64,000 nucleotides of DNA from the human T2T-CHM13v2.0 reference genome, Homo sapiens. This document shows, piece by piece, positions 63,507 through 64,000 of this stretch (positions within the stretch are counted from its first letter, which is position 1; each line of letters starts with the position of its first letter). The DNA lies in the NCBI RefSeq assembly GCF_009914755.1, contig NC_060933.1, one strand, 5' to 3'. The notes under the pieces were generated by a model. It saw only the letters and a list, made by a program, of their open reading frames with translations. It searched no databases and was not told the origin of the DNA. Both the position numbers and the translations under genes were made by a program.

Positions 63507-64000
63507 TATGAAATGTTCTCTTGTTGTAGTTTCAGTTTGCATTTATTTTACTATGGCTGATGTTAAGCATCTTTTCACCTGTTTGAGAGTCATTGCATTG
63601 CTTGTCTGTAAACTGTCTGTAGCTTTTTTTCCACTTTCTGTTAAGTTCTTTGTCTCTTTACATTTTAAAAGCGTGGTTCATCCTGGGTTGGCTGAGCCAC
63701 ACCTGTCCAGACCTGTCCATTCAGGGGCCCCTACCTCCAGCACTTGACACTAACTCATAGGCTGCAGACCCTACCCTTATCCACAGGCAACTTTCAGCCC
63801 TTTCCAAGGTCAAATGCCATATTGATTGTAGTATTTACGTATTCCTTACCATTTTCATTAGGTTCCTCCTTTTTATGTGTTACTGATGAAATTTTTGAAC
63901 ATTGTGATCCTAACCCCTATTTTTTCCCACCAGCCATGTGATTTCTTGGCACTAGTTTGCAGAGCATGGTGAATGTCACATTATAACAGAACTGATTGTA

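Overview
Primate genomic DNA, most likely human chr9q34.3 in the lipocalin cluster between PAEP and LCN9 (Alu-rich; the GLT6D1 protein matches the human one as I recall it). Splicing the exons by hand gives FOUR head-to-tail + strand lipocalin loci, most of them invisible in the ORF track. (A) 2421-~5950: exons 3-7 of a nearly intact LCN1/OBP2-type lipocalin with one frameshift and a GC donor, probably the region annotated only as a lncRNA. (B) 6978-~11250: a type-II beta-lactoglobulin/glycodelin-like pseudogene (PAEPP1) lacking a recognisable exon 1. (C) ~26500-29520: a heavily decayed lipocalin pseudogene. (D) 32621-37333: a fully intact six-coding-exon gene for a 181-aa secreted kernel lipocalin with no name I recognise, whose exon-2 splice acceptor is triplicated by a 65-bp tandem repeat. 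GLT6D1 lies convergently on the - strand (CDS 57570->42481, 276 aa) with a premature TAG and no DXD motif. The rest is Alu, L1, MaLR, ERV1 LTRs, MER1A and simple repeats, including a templated inverted 183-bp L1 duplication and a tRNA-Glu relic inside an ERV leader. All homology and repeat-family calls are by eye and from memory; no searches were run.
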